Shown in pieces: positions 19,597 to 30,067 of a stretch of 64,000 nucleotides of DNA. Source of the DNA: an uncultured Methanoregulaceae archaeon (GTDB taxonomy: Archaea; Halobacteriota; Methanomicrobia; Methanomicrobiales; Methanospirillaceae); contig CAVTTL010000001.1 of NCBI GenBank assembly GCA_963737635.1, forward strand, positions 2,016,001 through 2,080,000, in the 5' to 3' direction. Below the pieces are notes generated by a model. It ran no database searches, was not told the origin of the DNA, and saw only the letters and a program-made list of their open reading frames with translations. A program made the translations under genes and the position numbers. How positions within the stretch are numbered: the stretch's first letter is position 1; each line of letters opens with the position of its first letter.

Positions 19597-20502
19597 TTAT
19601 TTCTTCCGTGTACCGGTCTTCTTTGCATCAGCTTTTCCCGAGACGGGATACCCTTCCATATCAGTCACGGTCTTAAAAGCCGCCATGAGCTGCCGGGTAA
19701 TGGGGCCGGGCTTTCCTGTGCCAATGACCCTGCCGTCGACCCAGGTGATCGGTGCCACTTCTGCCGCTGTCCCAGTGCAGATAAGTTCGTCCGCGGTATA
19801 GAGATCGAAATACCCGAGGTTCTGCTCACGGAAGGTGATGCCGAGCGATTCGGCGATCTCGCGGACAACCATCCGGGTGATACCCCGGAGGTTGTTAAGC
19901 GTGAACGGAGTGAGGATCTCACCGTTCTTGATAATATACAGGTTGTCCCCGGAACCTTCTGCCACGTACCCGTTTGTATCAAAGAAGATCGCTTCGTCGC
20001 CACCCTTGTAGTTTGCCTCGATTTTTGCCAGGATGTTGTTGAGATAGTTGAGACTCTTTACATTGGGCGGGAGGGACTCGGCAGCATTGCGCCGGACCGA
20101 GACCGTGATGGCCTTGAGCCCCTTCTCGTACAGGTCGCCGTACATCGCACCCCACGTCACACAGATCACGATCACGGATGCTTTCTTGCACTTGCGGGGA
20201 TCGAGCCCGAGGTCGCCGATGCCCCGGGTGATGATCGGGCGTATGTAAGCGTCAGTCAGCTTGTTCCGTCGCATTGTCTCGCAGATCGCCTCGCTCATTT
20301 CCTCTTTAGTAATCGGCGGCGTGATATCGATCGTTTTTGCCGAATCGTAGAGACGGTCAAGGTGCTCTTTGAGCCGGAAGATCCTGCCGTTGTATGCGCG
20401 GATCCCTTCAAAGACACCGTCGCCGTATAACAGGCCGTGATCGAACACGGAGACCTTTGCCTGGTCCTCGGGCAGGTATTTCCCGTCAAGGTAAATGATC
20501 AT
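19597..20502 (-). CDS. ilvE: Branched-chain amino acid aminotransferase
   Basis: [41 protein letters not shown]. Confidence 0.96.
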   Translation of the reverse strand: MIIYLDGKYLPEDQAKVSVFDHGLLYGDGVFEGIRAYNGRIFRLKEHLDRLYDSAKTIDITPPITKEEMSEAICETMRRNKLTDAYIRPIITRGIGDLGLDPRKCKKASVIVICVTWGAMYGDLYEKGLKAITVSVRRNAAESLPPNVKSLNYLNNILAKIEANYKGGDEAIFFDTNGYVAEGSGDNLYIIKNGEILTPFTLNNLRGITRMVVREIAESLGITFREQNLGYFDLYTADELICTGTAAEVAPITWVDGRVIGTGKPGPITRQLMAAFKTVTDMEGYPVSGKADAKKTGTRKK

Positions 20503-20560
20503 ACTAGTAACACTCCGTCAAGATATACACTTTTTATCCCATTAAGGGCGCTAATTGATC

Positions 20561-20881
20561 ATGGTTTCTTCCAGTACAAAAAAGATACGAAGTGTCCCGC
20601 TTTATCTCTCGCTGATCGAAAAAGCCGGGCGCTCGCCACAAACTATCAGAACCTACCGGGATGCATTGCTCCATTTTTCCCGGTTCATGGATGTGCCGCT
20701 TGAAGAGCTGTACAAGCACCTGAGCGTTGAGAACCTCCTCGCTTATACCGATAGCGCAGCCCTGAAAGATGCCAGCCAGAACACTCGTCGCATGTGGTTA
20801 GCGATCATCCACAAGTACATGAGACTAAATGGCGTGGAATTTTCCGGATATACAATAATTCTGCAAATTGCTTATGCATAA
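20561..20881 (+). pseudogene. Truncated tyrosine integrase (N-terminal core-binding domain only)
   Basis: GRSPQTIRTYRDAL...FSRF...SQNTRRMWLAII pattern; no catalytic domain; sequence becomes AT-rich after NGVEF. Confidence 0.65.
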
Positions 20882-21180
20882 GCATCAAAATTAAAAAATT
20901 TTGCATTGTCCGTAGGAGAATCGCAGATAATTCTCAAATATTTAGGATCAATTTGCAGTTTATCCATTTTTATCAATCATCGTGAATACTAAGTGAATCA
21001 GATTTGAGTATAATATAGTAGTTCCTTTTTAGAAGATTATCATTGTTCCGGATTCAGATCACCTAGAAAAATCCCTTAACCAACTCAATCTGTTTTTCAT
21101 CGTCGGCATCCGTTGTGTTCGCCCGCTCCGATACCCCATATGCACCCCTTCCTTCAGCGAGAACTTCGGATGCCACAGTA

Positions 21181-22053
21181 TTAAACCTGGACCTTGGCAG
21201 AAACAAGACGATAGAATTCGTATCCATGTATTTCAGAGCTGGGACGGCCTGCCCGCCGCCACACATCGGCAACGCTTACGTCATATATCAATTGCAGTTT
21301 CCTTTCAGCAAGGTATTGATCAATCTCATCGGTATACAAGCCAAAAGTCCATGGCTCACCGTATGAGTGAAGTCTGGACAATAGTTTTCCTCCGCCAAAG
21401 AAAAGGTCTGGTTCTTCGAGAATTTTACGATCAACGTACGTAAAAAGCAGGATACTCCCCTTAGCAACCTTTGCAATCTGCCGAAGTGTTCCATCGACTG
21501 CCTCCGGGGACAGATAATTCGTCACGCCTTCCCAGACAAAACAAGTAGGTTTCGTTTCATCAAAGCCAGCATTGATCAGAACATCAGTAACGGACTGTTT
21601 GTTACAATTAATATTGACGAATTGTACGTGGCTTGGAAGTGATCCGGTTTTCTTCAGCAAAATTTCTTGTTTGGCAGTAGATGTCTGGGGCTGGTCAAGT
21701 TCAAAAGTAATCACTCTCTGTGCGATAGGCAGGCGATACGCCCGGGTGTCGAAGCCGGCGCCGAGCAAAACAAGTTGTGTACAGGTTTCCAAAGATCGTA
21801 TGACCTCGTCATCGATCCACTTAGTACGGGCAATCCCCGCCGCTCTGGCACCTGGTGACTCTCGATCTAATAGTCGCTCCACTAATCGACGACCTGCATC
21901 ATACCGTGCAATCTTATAGATCCATTTACGCCAGCCTTGAAGGAACAATTCTGCAAATGGATCAGAGAACAATCGCGAGTTGTGAGACCGGGCTGATTCG
22001 ATGGCGCGAAATAGTGCCATGTATTCTGCTGTAAGGCTGGCCTGATTTCTCAT
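21181..22053 (-). CDS. SAM-dependent methyltransferase (LCM/YktD family)
   Basis: FSDPFA, ARTKWID, QLVLLGAGFDTRAYR, WEGVTNYL, GEPWTFG. Confidence 0.9.
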   Translation of the reverse strand: MRNQASLTAEYMALFRAIESARSHNSRLFSDPFAELFLQGWRKWIYKIARYDAGRRLVERLLDRESPGARAAGIARTKWIDDEVIRSLETCTQLVLLGAGFDTRAYRLPIAQRVITFELDQPQTSTAKQEILLKKTGSLPSHVQFVNINCNKQSVTDVLINAGFDETKPTCFVWEGVTNYLSPEAVDGTLRQIAKVAKGSILLFTYVDRKILEEPDLFFGGGKLLSRLHSYGEPWTFGLYTDEIDQYLAERKLQLIYDVSVADVWRRAGRPSSEIHGYEFYRLVSAKVQV

Positions 22054-22201
22054 TGACTAAACTCATTTGATTATATGTTTTGAGGATTTTGATAATTTGC
22101 TGGTGCTGGTGCGTTGTCGGTGTATTAGATAATTTTAACGAAGTGAAATACCCTATGGTAATCGAAGACGCAATTGAATCAGGATCGCCATCCCGTAATT
22201 C

Positions 22202-22999
22202 CTATTCTCCCTGTTGTGCCTCAAGTTCCTTGATACTGACTGCCGGGTTCCGGTACCGCGGTCGTGTTGCAGTATCTGGGCCGCCTTGAATCGCTCTCAC
22301 CGGGCAGATATGGATGCATCCAACACAGAGCTCGCAGTGATGTTTCCAGACCGGCTTGCCATCGACGAGCTCGATATTCTCTACCGGGCAGATAGCTGCA
22401 CATGTCCCGCATGATGTACATTTCTCATTCACCGAGAATTTCCGGTCGTCATCATGGATGTGTGACATAGTCCGGTCGTATGCCAATCTGTGTAGTAATT
22501 GCATAATAGGATTATACGGCAATTTCCGGTGCTCACAACGACCAATCATCCCCGCGATATCGGTGAGTTTTTTATCGGCGTTCGTCAGAACCTGCTCCCT
22601 TTTCACACCTTCGGGTGAACGGTAAAACAGGATGTAATTACCAGGCATATTTACGATAAATCCTGCATCCAGCCCGTGGTTCTGCCGCTTCTTAAGAATG
22701 CTGTCGAGCTGCTGCATTGATGACGATCCACCAAGACGATTTTGTGTAGCAATCGAGAATGTGTACTGCGAATGCGAGATATCAAGACGTCCGGCAAACA
22801 AGGCCACAATTGAAGGTAGACCCAGAAAATAAACGGGATAAACAATGCCAACCCTGCCTGCCTGCGGAGTTATTCTCCCGGTAGTATTCCTAAGCGATGC
22901 AATTGATACCAGCTCGCAGTCCTCAAGACCGGCGGCGATCTTTTTTGCTGCTGCAAGCGAATTGCCGGTACCGGTGAAATAATAGATAATCGTCTTCAA
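22202..22999 (-). CDS. EFR1 family flavodoxin-ferredoxin protein
   Basis: YYFTGTGNS, MPGNY, CTSCGTCAAICP and CELCVGCIHICP; TTG start. Confidence 0.9.
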   Translation of the reverse strand: MKTIIYYFTGTGNSLAAAKKIAAGLEDCELVSIASLRNTTGRITPQAGRVGIVYPVYFLGLPSIVALFAGRLDISHSQYTFSIATQNRLGGSSSMQQLDSILKKRQNHGLDAGFIVNMPGNYILFYRSPEGVKREQVLTNADKKLTDIAGMIGRCEHRKLPYNPIMQLLHRLAYDRTMSHIHDDDRKFSVNEKCTSCGTCAAICPVENIELVDGKPVWKHHCELCVGCIHICPVRAIQGGPDTATRPRYRNPAVSIKELEAQQGE

Positions 23000-23066
23000 G
23001 ATTTCACACCTTTCGGTTCAATCTCTCTAAATTGCGATGGAGAACCGGAATCCCGGTTCCCGATCG

Positions 23067-23546
23067 TCACAACTCCGTTTTCCATTCATCCAATTCCGAC
23101 TTAAATTCTTGCAGCATTTTCCTTAAGTCTTTGTTGAATCGGATGAGGACCTCAAGGTCCTTGTCGCTGTATGCGTCCACCATCACGCTTCTCCGGGCGT
23201 ACGCGCCCCGCATCCGCTCGAAGGCTCTTTTCGTCTCCTCGTTCATTACCAATTCGACCTTTCTGACTCTCCGGTCATTCGGATCGTTCACCCGCCGTGC
23301 ATAACCTGCCTTTTCCAATTTGTCCACAACTGCCGTGATGGTGCCGGTCGTGAGGCCGGTCATTTCCGCAAGCCTTCCAGCGGGTAACGGCCCGAGCCGC
23401 CCGAGCAGGCCAATACACCTGAACTCGGTCAGGCTCAAGCCAAGAATATCCGCCATCGCATCGTCCACAACAATGATCTCTCCGGTCGATTCACGAATAG
23501 CATCGAATAGGGTGGCCGTCAACTGCGCCCTTTTGTCACTTTTCAT
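23067..23546 (-). CDS. MarR family transcriptional regulator
   Basis: GLSLTE...AGRLAEMTGLTTGTITAVVDKLEKAGY...DRR. Confidence 0.92.
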   Translation of the reverse strand: MKSDKRAQLTATLFDAIRESTGEIIVVDDAMADILGLSLTEFRCIGLLGRLGPLPAGRLAEMTGLTTGTITAVVDKLEKAGYARRVNDPNDRRVRKVELVMNEETKRAFERMRGAYARRSVMVDAYSDKDLEVLIRFNKDLRKMLQEFKSELDEWKTEL

Positions 23547-23559
23547 GGGGTAAAACAAT

Positions 23560-23600
23560 ATAATTTGGTATTTAAATATCTTGCCTAGTGAGGATAATTT
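23560..23600 (-). promoter_or_regulatory. marR promoter/operator box (copy 1)
   Basis: 33/41 identical to 25201-25240; minus-strand ATATTTAA TATA-like box next to an imperfect ATCTTG..GAGGAT dyad. Confidence 0.6.
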
Positions 23601-23608
23601 CCGGCGGC

Positions 23609-23890
23609 TCAGGGATAGATTATTGTTATTGCTGATATTAGTCCAAGGCACATCCCAACCAGAGTGGACACGATGAGGGGCCAATTCCTCTTTTCAAGGA
23701 AGAACGCGTACGGCAACCAGACACTGCAATTGAGTACAGTGAACACAGGTATCAGCAACGATCCGGGTTGGCCTGAAAGATTGAGGCGTATCTGGTCCAC
23801 GTATGAGAAATAGGTCAGCATAGCCGTGACTGTTGCTATCCATCCAATCATGCCGACCGTTTTCTGGTTTATTCCATTGAAGAGGCGCAT
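23609..23890 (-). CDS. SemiSWEET family transporter
   Basis: 93 aa, three TMs, SYVDQIRLNLSG, NCSVWLPYA, NWPLIV. Confidence 0.8.
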   Translation of the reverse strand: MRLFNGINQKTVGMIGWIATVTAMLTYFSYVDQIRLNLSGQPGSLLIPVFTVLNCSVWLPYAFFLEKRNWPLIVSTLVGMCLGLISAITIIYP

Positions 23891-23911
23891 AAAAATTTCG
23901 GGAGCTGAAAG

Positions 23912-25189
23912 TTAAGACTTCCAGCCGAGTACATCATCGAGCCAATCAAACTCTATCTGGTTTTTCAACAGCAGGTTGTTAATCATGCTGTGTCCTTCTC
24001 CTCCCTCAGAGGTTGTTCCAAACTTCACTTGGCTCTTCGGGTGGTTCATGAACTTCTTCCACTGGATTTTCTCCTTTTCCATTTTCGCGGGATTGAACTC
24101 ACTTTCTCCGGCAATAATAAGCAATGGGCAAGTTACGTCCTTTTCGAGTCCTGTTAGCTTAAACTTACTCATGCCGTCCAAAAACTCCGCTATAGTAGCG
24201 TTGGCATATCCACACCTCATGCGGACATCGCTTTCAGCGAGCGTCCTCACAGCAGTGTTTGACATGTCGAGATGTGATTCCAGATCGCGCGGATATGGCT
24301 TTGTCGGATCCAAACCTATCACTTCCATGAAACCCGCCTGAATATCGTAGAAGAGCGGGAGTGCTACTACCGCTGCCAAACGCTTCTCGAAAGCAGCAGC
24401 CCGGGGCGCAAAATATCCGCCGAAACTGGCGCCGATCAACACGATTTTCTTTGGATCCACCTCAGGACGGCTCAAAGCATAATCCACGACATGGCTAATC
24501 GGGACTTCAGCATCATGGCGGAAGAACAGATCGGGATAGTCATAGAACATCGCCTTTTGTCCGGGAATTTCGAACATGAGCACATTGTAACCCCGCCTCT
24601 GCGCGCCCACCGGAACCACACCATAGAGTTCCTCGAGCGCGCTATCGCCGCCTCCGAGCACAAGAACCGTTGGTCTCTTCTCGCCTTTAGGGCCGCCGGG
24701 AATGAAATACCCTGGCATCGTCCTGCCATTTTCGTAGGGGATGTTTACAATTTCAATTTGAGGATCGAAAAGCTTAGCAGCCTCACGGAAACATGCCCGC
24801 TCTTTCTCGTAATTTGAGCGAAGGCGCGGATCAGTGAATCTGGCGTAATTCGTCGTGGCACCCCAGTAGGTTGTGGCGCGCAAAAACGCATCGCGGGCGC
24901 TCACCTTATGTCCTTTCCTGAGGCAATCCCTCCCAATCGTCTCAACCCGCTTCGCAGTCACCTCCCACGCATCTGAAAAGCTTTGGAAATCTCCATCGAC
25001 AATCCGGCTCGCCGTTTCGTAGCATTCTCCCACTGCCGATCCGCCATAATTGCCCCTCCCCATTACTCGAGTGAAGTAGGCGTCGAAATAGGTCTTGAAC
25101 CTATTCGCCTGGCCTGCCGTGTGGCGAAACATTACTTCCTGTTTTTCTTCCTTGACGGTTATTTTCGCATTCATTTTTCCGTTTTTCAT
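23912..25189 (-). CDS. Alpha/beta hydrolase (FrsA/DHPON-hydrolase-like)
   Basis: GGGDS, PGQ, GASFGGY nucleophile elbow, RAAAFEKR, GEGHS. Confidence 0.88.
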   Translation of the reverse strand: MKNGKMNAKITVKEEKQEVMFRHTAGQANRFKTYFDAYFTRVMGRGNYGGSAVGECYETASRIVDGDFQSFSDAWEVTAKRVETIGRDCLRKGHKVSARDAFLRATTYWGATTNYARFTDPRLRSNYEKERACFREAAKLFDPQIEIVNIPYENGRTMPGYFIPGGPKGEKRPTVLVLGGGDSALEELYGVVPVGAQRRGYNVLMFEIPGQKAMFYDYPDLFFRHDAEVPISHVVDYALSRPEVDPKKIVLIGASFGGYFAPRAAAFEKRLAAVVALPLFYDIQAGFMEVIGLDPTKPYPRDLESHLDMSNTAVRTLAESDVRMRCGYANATIAEFLDGMSKFKLTGLEKDVTCPLLIIAGESEFNPAKMEKEKIQWKKFMNHPKSQVKFGTTSEGGEGHSMINNLLLKNQIEFDWLDDVLGWKS

Positions 25190-25200
25190 GAATATGCCAT

Positions 25201-25240
25201 ATGATTTGGAGATTAAATATCTTGTCTATCAAGATAATTT
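25201..25240 (-). promoter_or_regulatory. Hydrolase promoter/operator box (copy 2)
   Basis: Perfect dyad ATCTTG-N5-CAAGAT next to a TATA-like box; repeat of 23560-23600. Confidence 0.62.
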
Positions 25241-25585
25241 GAGATTACATAACATACACCCGGAATCAGTTTGAGAGCCTGAAGCGGGATTCACGTACTG
25301 CATTTTTAGATTTCAGTACTGAATGAATTGTAGACCATTCATTCTCACTAATATCCTTGATTTTAATTATTATATAGTATTTTTTTAGCTGAATAAAATA
25401 GGAATAACTTGACTGTACGTTATTGTTAAATGATCATAGCATGTGATGGGTTTTGGTGGTTTTGTAGTTTTTTCTTTGGTACGATTCTTGTTTTGATCCT
25501 TTTTGGGCGGGCCGCTCAAGCGAGCAAAACATTCGATGCATCGAATGTTTTCGGTATTTATAGACAGGCATCATATCGCACCTAT

Positions 25586-26371
25586 ATGAGGAAACCGGCC
25601 CGGAATGCATCACTGACAGACTCAGTTGACGATATGACCGAACGGCTGTTGATTGATGCCGGCATAGGTCCTGGAATGCGTGTCCTTGACGTTGGCTGTG
25701 GCAGCGGCGACGTCTCGCTTCTGCTCGCAAAACTGGTTGGCGACACCGGCCACGTCGTTGGCATCGATCGGGATGAACCGTCGCTTGAAAGAGTACGGGA
25801 ACGGGTGCGCGAGCTCAATCTCCCGAACCTCACCTTCGTACAAAGCGATATTTGTGCACTATCACCTGAACTGGGCCCATTCGATGCTGCCGTTGGCAGG
25901 CGCGTTATCATGTATCTGCCCGAGCCGGTTGATGCCATCCGGAAAATAGCCGCAACACTGCACCCTGGAGGTGTCGTCGCCTTTCTGGAACACGATGCAA
26001 CAATGGTGCCAGGCCGGTTGAAGCCTCTGCCACTTCAGGAAAGAGTAAACCGCTGGATCCAGCAGACAGTCGAGCGTGAGGGTGCCAACATTCACATAGG
26101 CTTTGACCTTCCATTCATCCTCAAGCAGGCGGGGCTCACGGTAGAACATATTCGTGCCGAAGCGATCATTCAGACGCCACAAACCCATTACCCAACCGTG
26201 TATATCATCCGCGCCATGCTTTCCCGGATCGTCCAGAAGGGTGTTGCTACGGAAGAGGAAATCGACTTGGACACGCTCGAACAGCGCCTTTTTGACGAGC
26301 GGGCACAAGCCAGTTCAATCTACGTGAGTGATATGGTCTTTACTGTATGGGCACGCAAGCCCGGGCAATAG
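25586..26371 (+). CDS. Class I SAM-dependent methyltransferase (UbiE-like)
   Basis: GMRVLDVGCGSG, GID, FDAAVGR, LHPGG; start uncertain. Confidence 0.88.
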   Translation: MRKPARNASLTDSVDDMTERLLIDAGIGPGMRVLDVGCGSGDVSLLLAKLVGDTGHVVGIDRDEPSLERVRERVRELNLPNLTFVQSDICALSPELGPFDAAVGRRVIMYLPEPVDAIRKIAATLHPGGVVAFLEHDATMVPGRLKPLPLQERVNRWIQQTVEREGANIHIGFDLPFILKQAGLTVEHIRAEAIIQTPQTHYPTVYIIRAMLSRIVQKGVATEEEIDLDTLEQRLFDERAQASSIYVSDMVFTVWARKPGQ

Positions 26372-26390
26372 ACCGAGATAAAAAGGAATG

Positions 26391-27764
26391 TCACGGCTGC
26401 TTCCTGCACCGGTCTGCGAAGGTCCGGAACATATCCCGGCTCCCCACCGGGTGAAGGTGCGTATAGCTCCCGAGGGTATTGTTGACCACTGCCCCATCAA
26501 GCGTATCCTGAATCCCGAACCCCCGCGAGAGCCGGTACGCATACGTGGTCGACGGAATCGAGCTCAACGCCGGAGTAATGGAACTCGTGGCCCCGGAACC
26601 GTGAAGCACCCATCGGACAGTCCTTTGCGCTTGTCCCCTCTACGTAGCTCACCACACGCCGGGCCGGCATCACGGTCTCCCCCTTGAAAACGCCGCACAT
26701 CGCGCCGGAAAGTTCGGTCTCCCGGCCCTGCCACCCTTTCCTCAGCACCATCCGGTCGGTCAGGTACATCAGGCCGCCGCACTCCGCATAGAACGGCGTA
26801 CCATTTCGTGAAACCTCACGGACCGCTTCCCGCATCCGGTCGTTTGCTTCCAGTTCCGGCACGAAGAGTTCCGGGTAACCGCCACCGATAATATAGCCAT
26901 CGGCCTCTGGCAGCCGGTCGTGAATGGGACTGAACTGCACAACAGATGCCCCAAGCGAGGGAAGAACCTCGAAGAGATCTGCATAGTAGAAATTGAATGC
27001 TTCATCATATGCGACGCCGACGCGTACGTCCTGCTCCGGGGCGGGACTAAACATGTCCTTGCAGGAGGACGGGATCTCCTTTGCCAGCGCAAGGAGGCGG
27101 TCGAGATCCACATAGTTGCCGATGATCTCGGTGATCGTCCGGATCCGGTCGTCAAAATCGCCGCTGCCTGTACCTTCGCGGTATGGTACAAGGCCGAGGT
27201 GGCGCATGGCAGAGCTGCATCTCCTCCATCCGGGGAATTGCGCCTATAACCGGGACGCCGCAGTAATACTCGATCGCCCTTGCCGCCTTGTCCCGGTGCG
27301 ACCCTCCCTTGACCTGGTTGAGGATGACACCGGCAATCCTGATCTTCCGGATCGAAGGCCTGGAACCCTTTCACGATCGCGGCTGCGCTCCGGGTGATAC
27401 TCTGCGCAGAGACCACTAAAACCACCGGCAGGTCGAGGATCTTTGCGATTGCTGCGGTACTACCGGTATCATCTAATGCCTCAGCGCCTTCGTACAGCCC
27501 CCGCACTCCTTCGACGAGTGCAATATCGGCTCCCTTTGAACCATGCGAGAAGATGCTGCGGATCTGTCCTTCACTCAGGACGAAGTTGTCGAGGTTCCGG
27601 CACGGCCTTCCCGAGACTGCGGCAAGGTACGAGGGATCGATGTAGTCCATCCCCACCTTGAAGGTCTGGACGGTCCCCCGTTTTTTTAAGAGGGCGGCAA
27701 GGGCAAGGGTGATGCTCGTCTTCCCGCTGCCGGAACGATCGCCGGTGATCAAGATCGACTTCAT
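26391..27764 (-). CDS. cfbB: Ni-sirohydrochlorin a,c-diamide synthase, three +1 frameshifts (about 27345, 27211, 26556)
   Basis: SGSGKT, FKVGMDYIDP, EGVRGLYEG, RHLGL, AFNFYY, GGGYPE, AECGG, GHEFHYS, YTHLH spread over successive frames; cfb operon context. Confidence 0.88.
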
Positions 27765-28834
27765 TGCACAATGCTCCTGAGCACCGCACCGAACTCGCTC
27801 TCCACTATCTCGCGCACCCCAAGTGTCCGGGGATGAAGGTCGATCTCGACCAGTACATGCTCATGGCCGATCGCGTGGAGCGGCGCAACCTGCCGGGGGC
27901 CGTTCGTCACCGAGAAGCACTCGATGCCGTTTGTATATTCCGGCGGGATAGCGTGCGGGACACCGACGATAAAGGCAAACGATGGCCCGATCTCCCGGAT
28001 CCGGGCGCCAAGAGCATCCCCGTTTGCCCCGTACTCGTCCAGTGCCCCGATCACTTCCAGCGGCACACCGCGTTTTGTCATCTCGTCCCGTATCCTCTGC
28101 GCATCGGCCCGGACTTTGGGAAGCCCCCGGTTGTCGAGGTTAGCGATATACGTGATATCTGCTCCGGGGCAGGCATCATGGATGGCGATCAGTTCGTCAG
28201 CGAACATATAGGCCGTCTCTTTTTTGGCGTTGAGGACCGCGACCCCCTTTGCCCCGCTCTGTGCACATGCCATAAGACGCTGTGCAGCGAGATGCTTTAA
28301 GTCACCGCGTGAGGGTTCGATGTACTCCTGCGAGGCGGCCCCCCGGAGTTTCTCGACCTCGTTTGCCTTTTCCATGAGCCGGTGCTGGCGGGCAAGTTCC
28401 TCCTCGCTGATCCAGCCGGCCTGAGTCGCTGCATCCAGCGTCGCAAGCACCCCGGCAATGTTCTCCGTAAAACCGGCATGGATGTCAACCGCAATGGTCG
28501 GGGCCGTGATCCCGGCGCTGTCGACGGCAGCCGCCAGGTCCTCACCAATGATCATCGAGACACAGGTCCCGATTACCGCCATCCGTTTGGGGGCAAACTG
28601 GTCCTCTGCATACCGCAGCACACTCTCGAGCGGTTTCTGGCCGCCGAAGACGAACTCGTTGTCTGCAAGCGCTGTGGTGAGCACCCGCATACCATCCTCC
28701 TCGAGAAGCCGGGCATGCTTGAACGAGCACCCTGACGGGCCGTGCAGGATCGCGACATCCACTTCGAGATCCCGTGCCGTATAGAGTGCTGCCACAATCG
28801 AGCTCGGGCGGGGATGCATGAATCGTGTCGGCAT
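27761..28834 (-). CDS. cfbD: Ni-sirohydrochlorin a,c-diamide reductive cyclase catalytic subunit
   Basis: HPRPSSIVAALYT, HGPSGCSFKHARLLEEDG, GTCVSMIIGED, TNGPRQV; GGAGGT RBS. Confidence 0.92.
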   Translation of the reverse strand: MPTRFMHPRPSSIVAALYTARDLEVDVAILHGPSGCSFKHARLLEEDGMRVLTTALADNEFVFGGQKPLESVLRYAEDQFAPKRMAVIGTCVSMIIGEDLAAAVDSAGITAPTIAVDIHAGFTENIAGVLATLDAATQAGWISEEELARQHRLMEKANEVEKLRGAASQEYIEPSRGDLKHLAAQRLMACAQSGAKGVAVLNAKKETAYMFADELIAIHDACPGADITYIANLDNRGLPKVRADAQRIRDEMTKRGVPLEVIGALDEYGANGDALGARIREIGPSFAFIVGVPHAIPPEYTNGIECFSVTNGPRQVAPLHAIGHEHVLVEIDLHPRTLGVREIVESEFGAVLRSIVQ

Positions 28835-28836
28835 AA

Positions 28837-30060
28837 TTACCTCCATGTCTTGACCGCAAGCACGATAGCGCCGGTCGTTGTCCGGTCAAGGGCGCAACGC
28901 TCTGCTTCTTCGAGCGTCTGGCAAACTGCATCGATTGCCACCGGAGACGACCCGTGGGTTTCATCAAACGAAGGCGGATCTCCTACCCAGATAAGTGTCC
29001 GGGGCCGGATGGTCCGGATTGCGTTTAGGATCTGGTCGTCTTTGAACCCTTCGCACACAGCACCGTCACCTTTGGCGGTACCGATCACAAGCGTGATCCC
29101 GGGAGAGCCTGCACAGGTACGGGCATACCGGGCGGCCTCGATGGTAGTCTCAGCCGTGGTCCCGCTGTTGGCATTGTCGATGACGAGAATGTTGTTGTGT
29201 TTCCTGACCGACATGCGCCCCGGAATACCGGCAAACGTACCCAGTGGGGCAGGATCAACCCCGAGCATGACAGCGGCTGTCCCGGCAAGGGCAAGAGGCA
29301 CCCGATACCCTGGTGTTGCAAGGAGCGGATTGGTAAATGTCCCGGACCGTCCGTCGACCGCGATGGTGCAGGTTGGCCCGGCGATAGACACAACGTCGTC
29401 CAGCTGCACCGTGTCCCTGTGCACACCGGATGGGATACCAGGAGCCACGAGAAGCCGCCGGCTTTTCTGTGCCGATACCAGTTTTTCGGTGATCGCACTT
29501 TTCTCCCCGGCAGCACACCGGTAATCGGATGGCGAGGTAATAATGGCAAGATCGCCAGCGCCGGTCACACCAAGGGACTCTTCAGCAACAAGCCAGCCCC
29601 GGATGGCACCTGCCTTTTCTGCCGCATCAAGCACCGAGGCCGGTGTAATGCTTTTTTTAAAAAGGAGCCGCTGCCCGGGCATCTCGTAGGTCCCGGTCGA
29701 GGTATGCAGGATACCAGGGCCGGGAAGGAGGTAAGCAAGTGCGTGTGCCGTAGTGGTCTTTCCTTGTGCGCCCGTGATTTCGATCATCGGGGAGGGTACG
29801 TGCCCGGCAAGCAGCCGTCTCACTGCTTCATGGTGAGAAATCACCGGTTTCGATTTAGTGCGTCCGGCAAGCAAAGGATGAGACGGGTCAAGATGGACCG
29901 GGGCCACAATAAGATCATAGGATGTTTTTGCAGCCCGGTCAGCCGCGTCGGGCGTCGTGCCCCGGTACACGTCCACAATATCAACGGTGTTGCCGGCCGT
30001 GGCAAACGCTTCACCAATCCTGCTGCCGCCATGGATCGTATCGAGTACCAGGATCCGCAT
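28837..30060 (-). CDS. cfbE: Coenzyme F430 synthase (Mur-ligase-like)
   Basis: VLDTIHGG, APVHL, EITGAQGKTTT, SITPAS, EESLGVTG, VCEG, VKTWR. Confidence 0.9.
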   Translation of the reverse strand: MRILVLDTIHGGSRIGEAFATAGNTVDIVDVYRGTTPDAADRAAKTSYDLIVAPVHLDPSHPLLAGRTKSKPVISHHEAVRRLLAGHVPSPMIEITGAQGKTTTAHALAYLLPGPGILHTSTGTYEMPGQRLLFKKSITPASVLDAAEKAGAIRGWLVAEESLGVTGAGDLAIITSPSDYRCAAGEKSAITEKLVSAQKSRRLLVAPGIPSGVHRDTVQLDDVVSIAGPTCTIAVDGRSGTFTNPLLATPGYRVPLALAGTAAVMLGVDPAPLGTFAGIPGRMSVRKHNNILVIDNANSGTTAETTIEAARYARTCAGSPGITLVIGTAKGDGAVCEGFKDDQILNAIRTIRPRTLIWVGDPPSFDETHGSSPVAIDAVCQTLEEAERCALDRTTTGAIVLAVKTWR

Positions 30061-30067
30061 ATGCCGG

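Noticed and set aside
21105-21174. Long imperfect hairpin (GGCATCCG...CGGATGCC) after the methyltransferase, resembling an integron attC
   Set aside because: It lacks the RYYYAAC/GTTRRRY ends and does not recur after other cargo genes; more likely a terminator-like structure.
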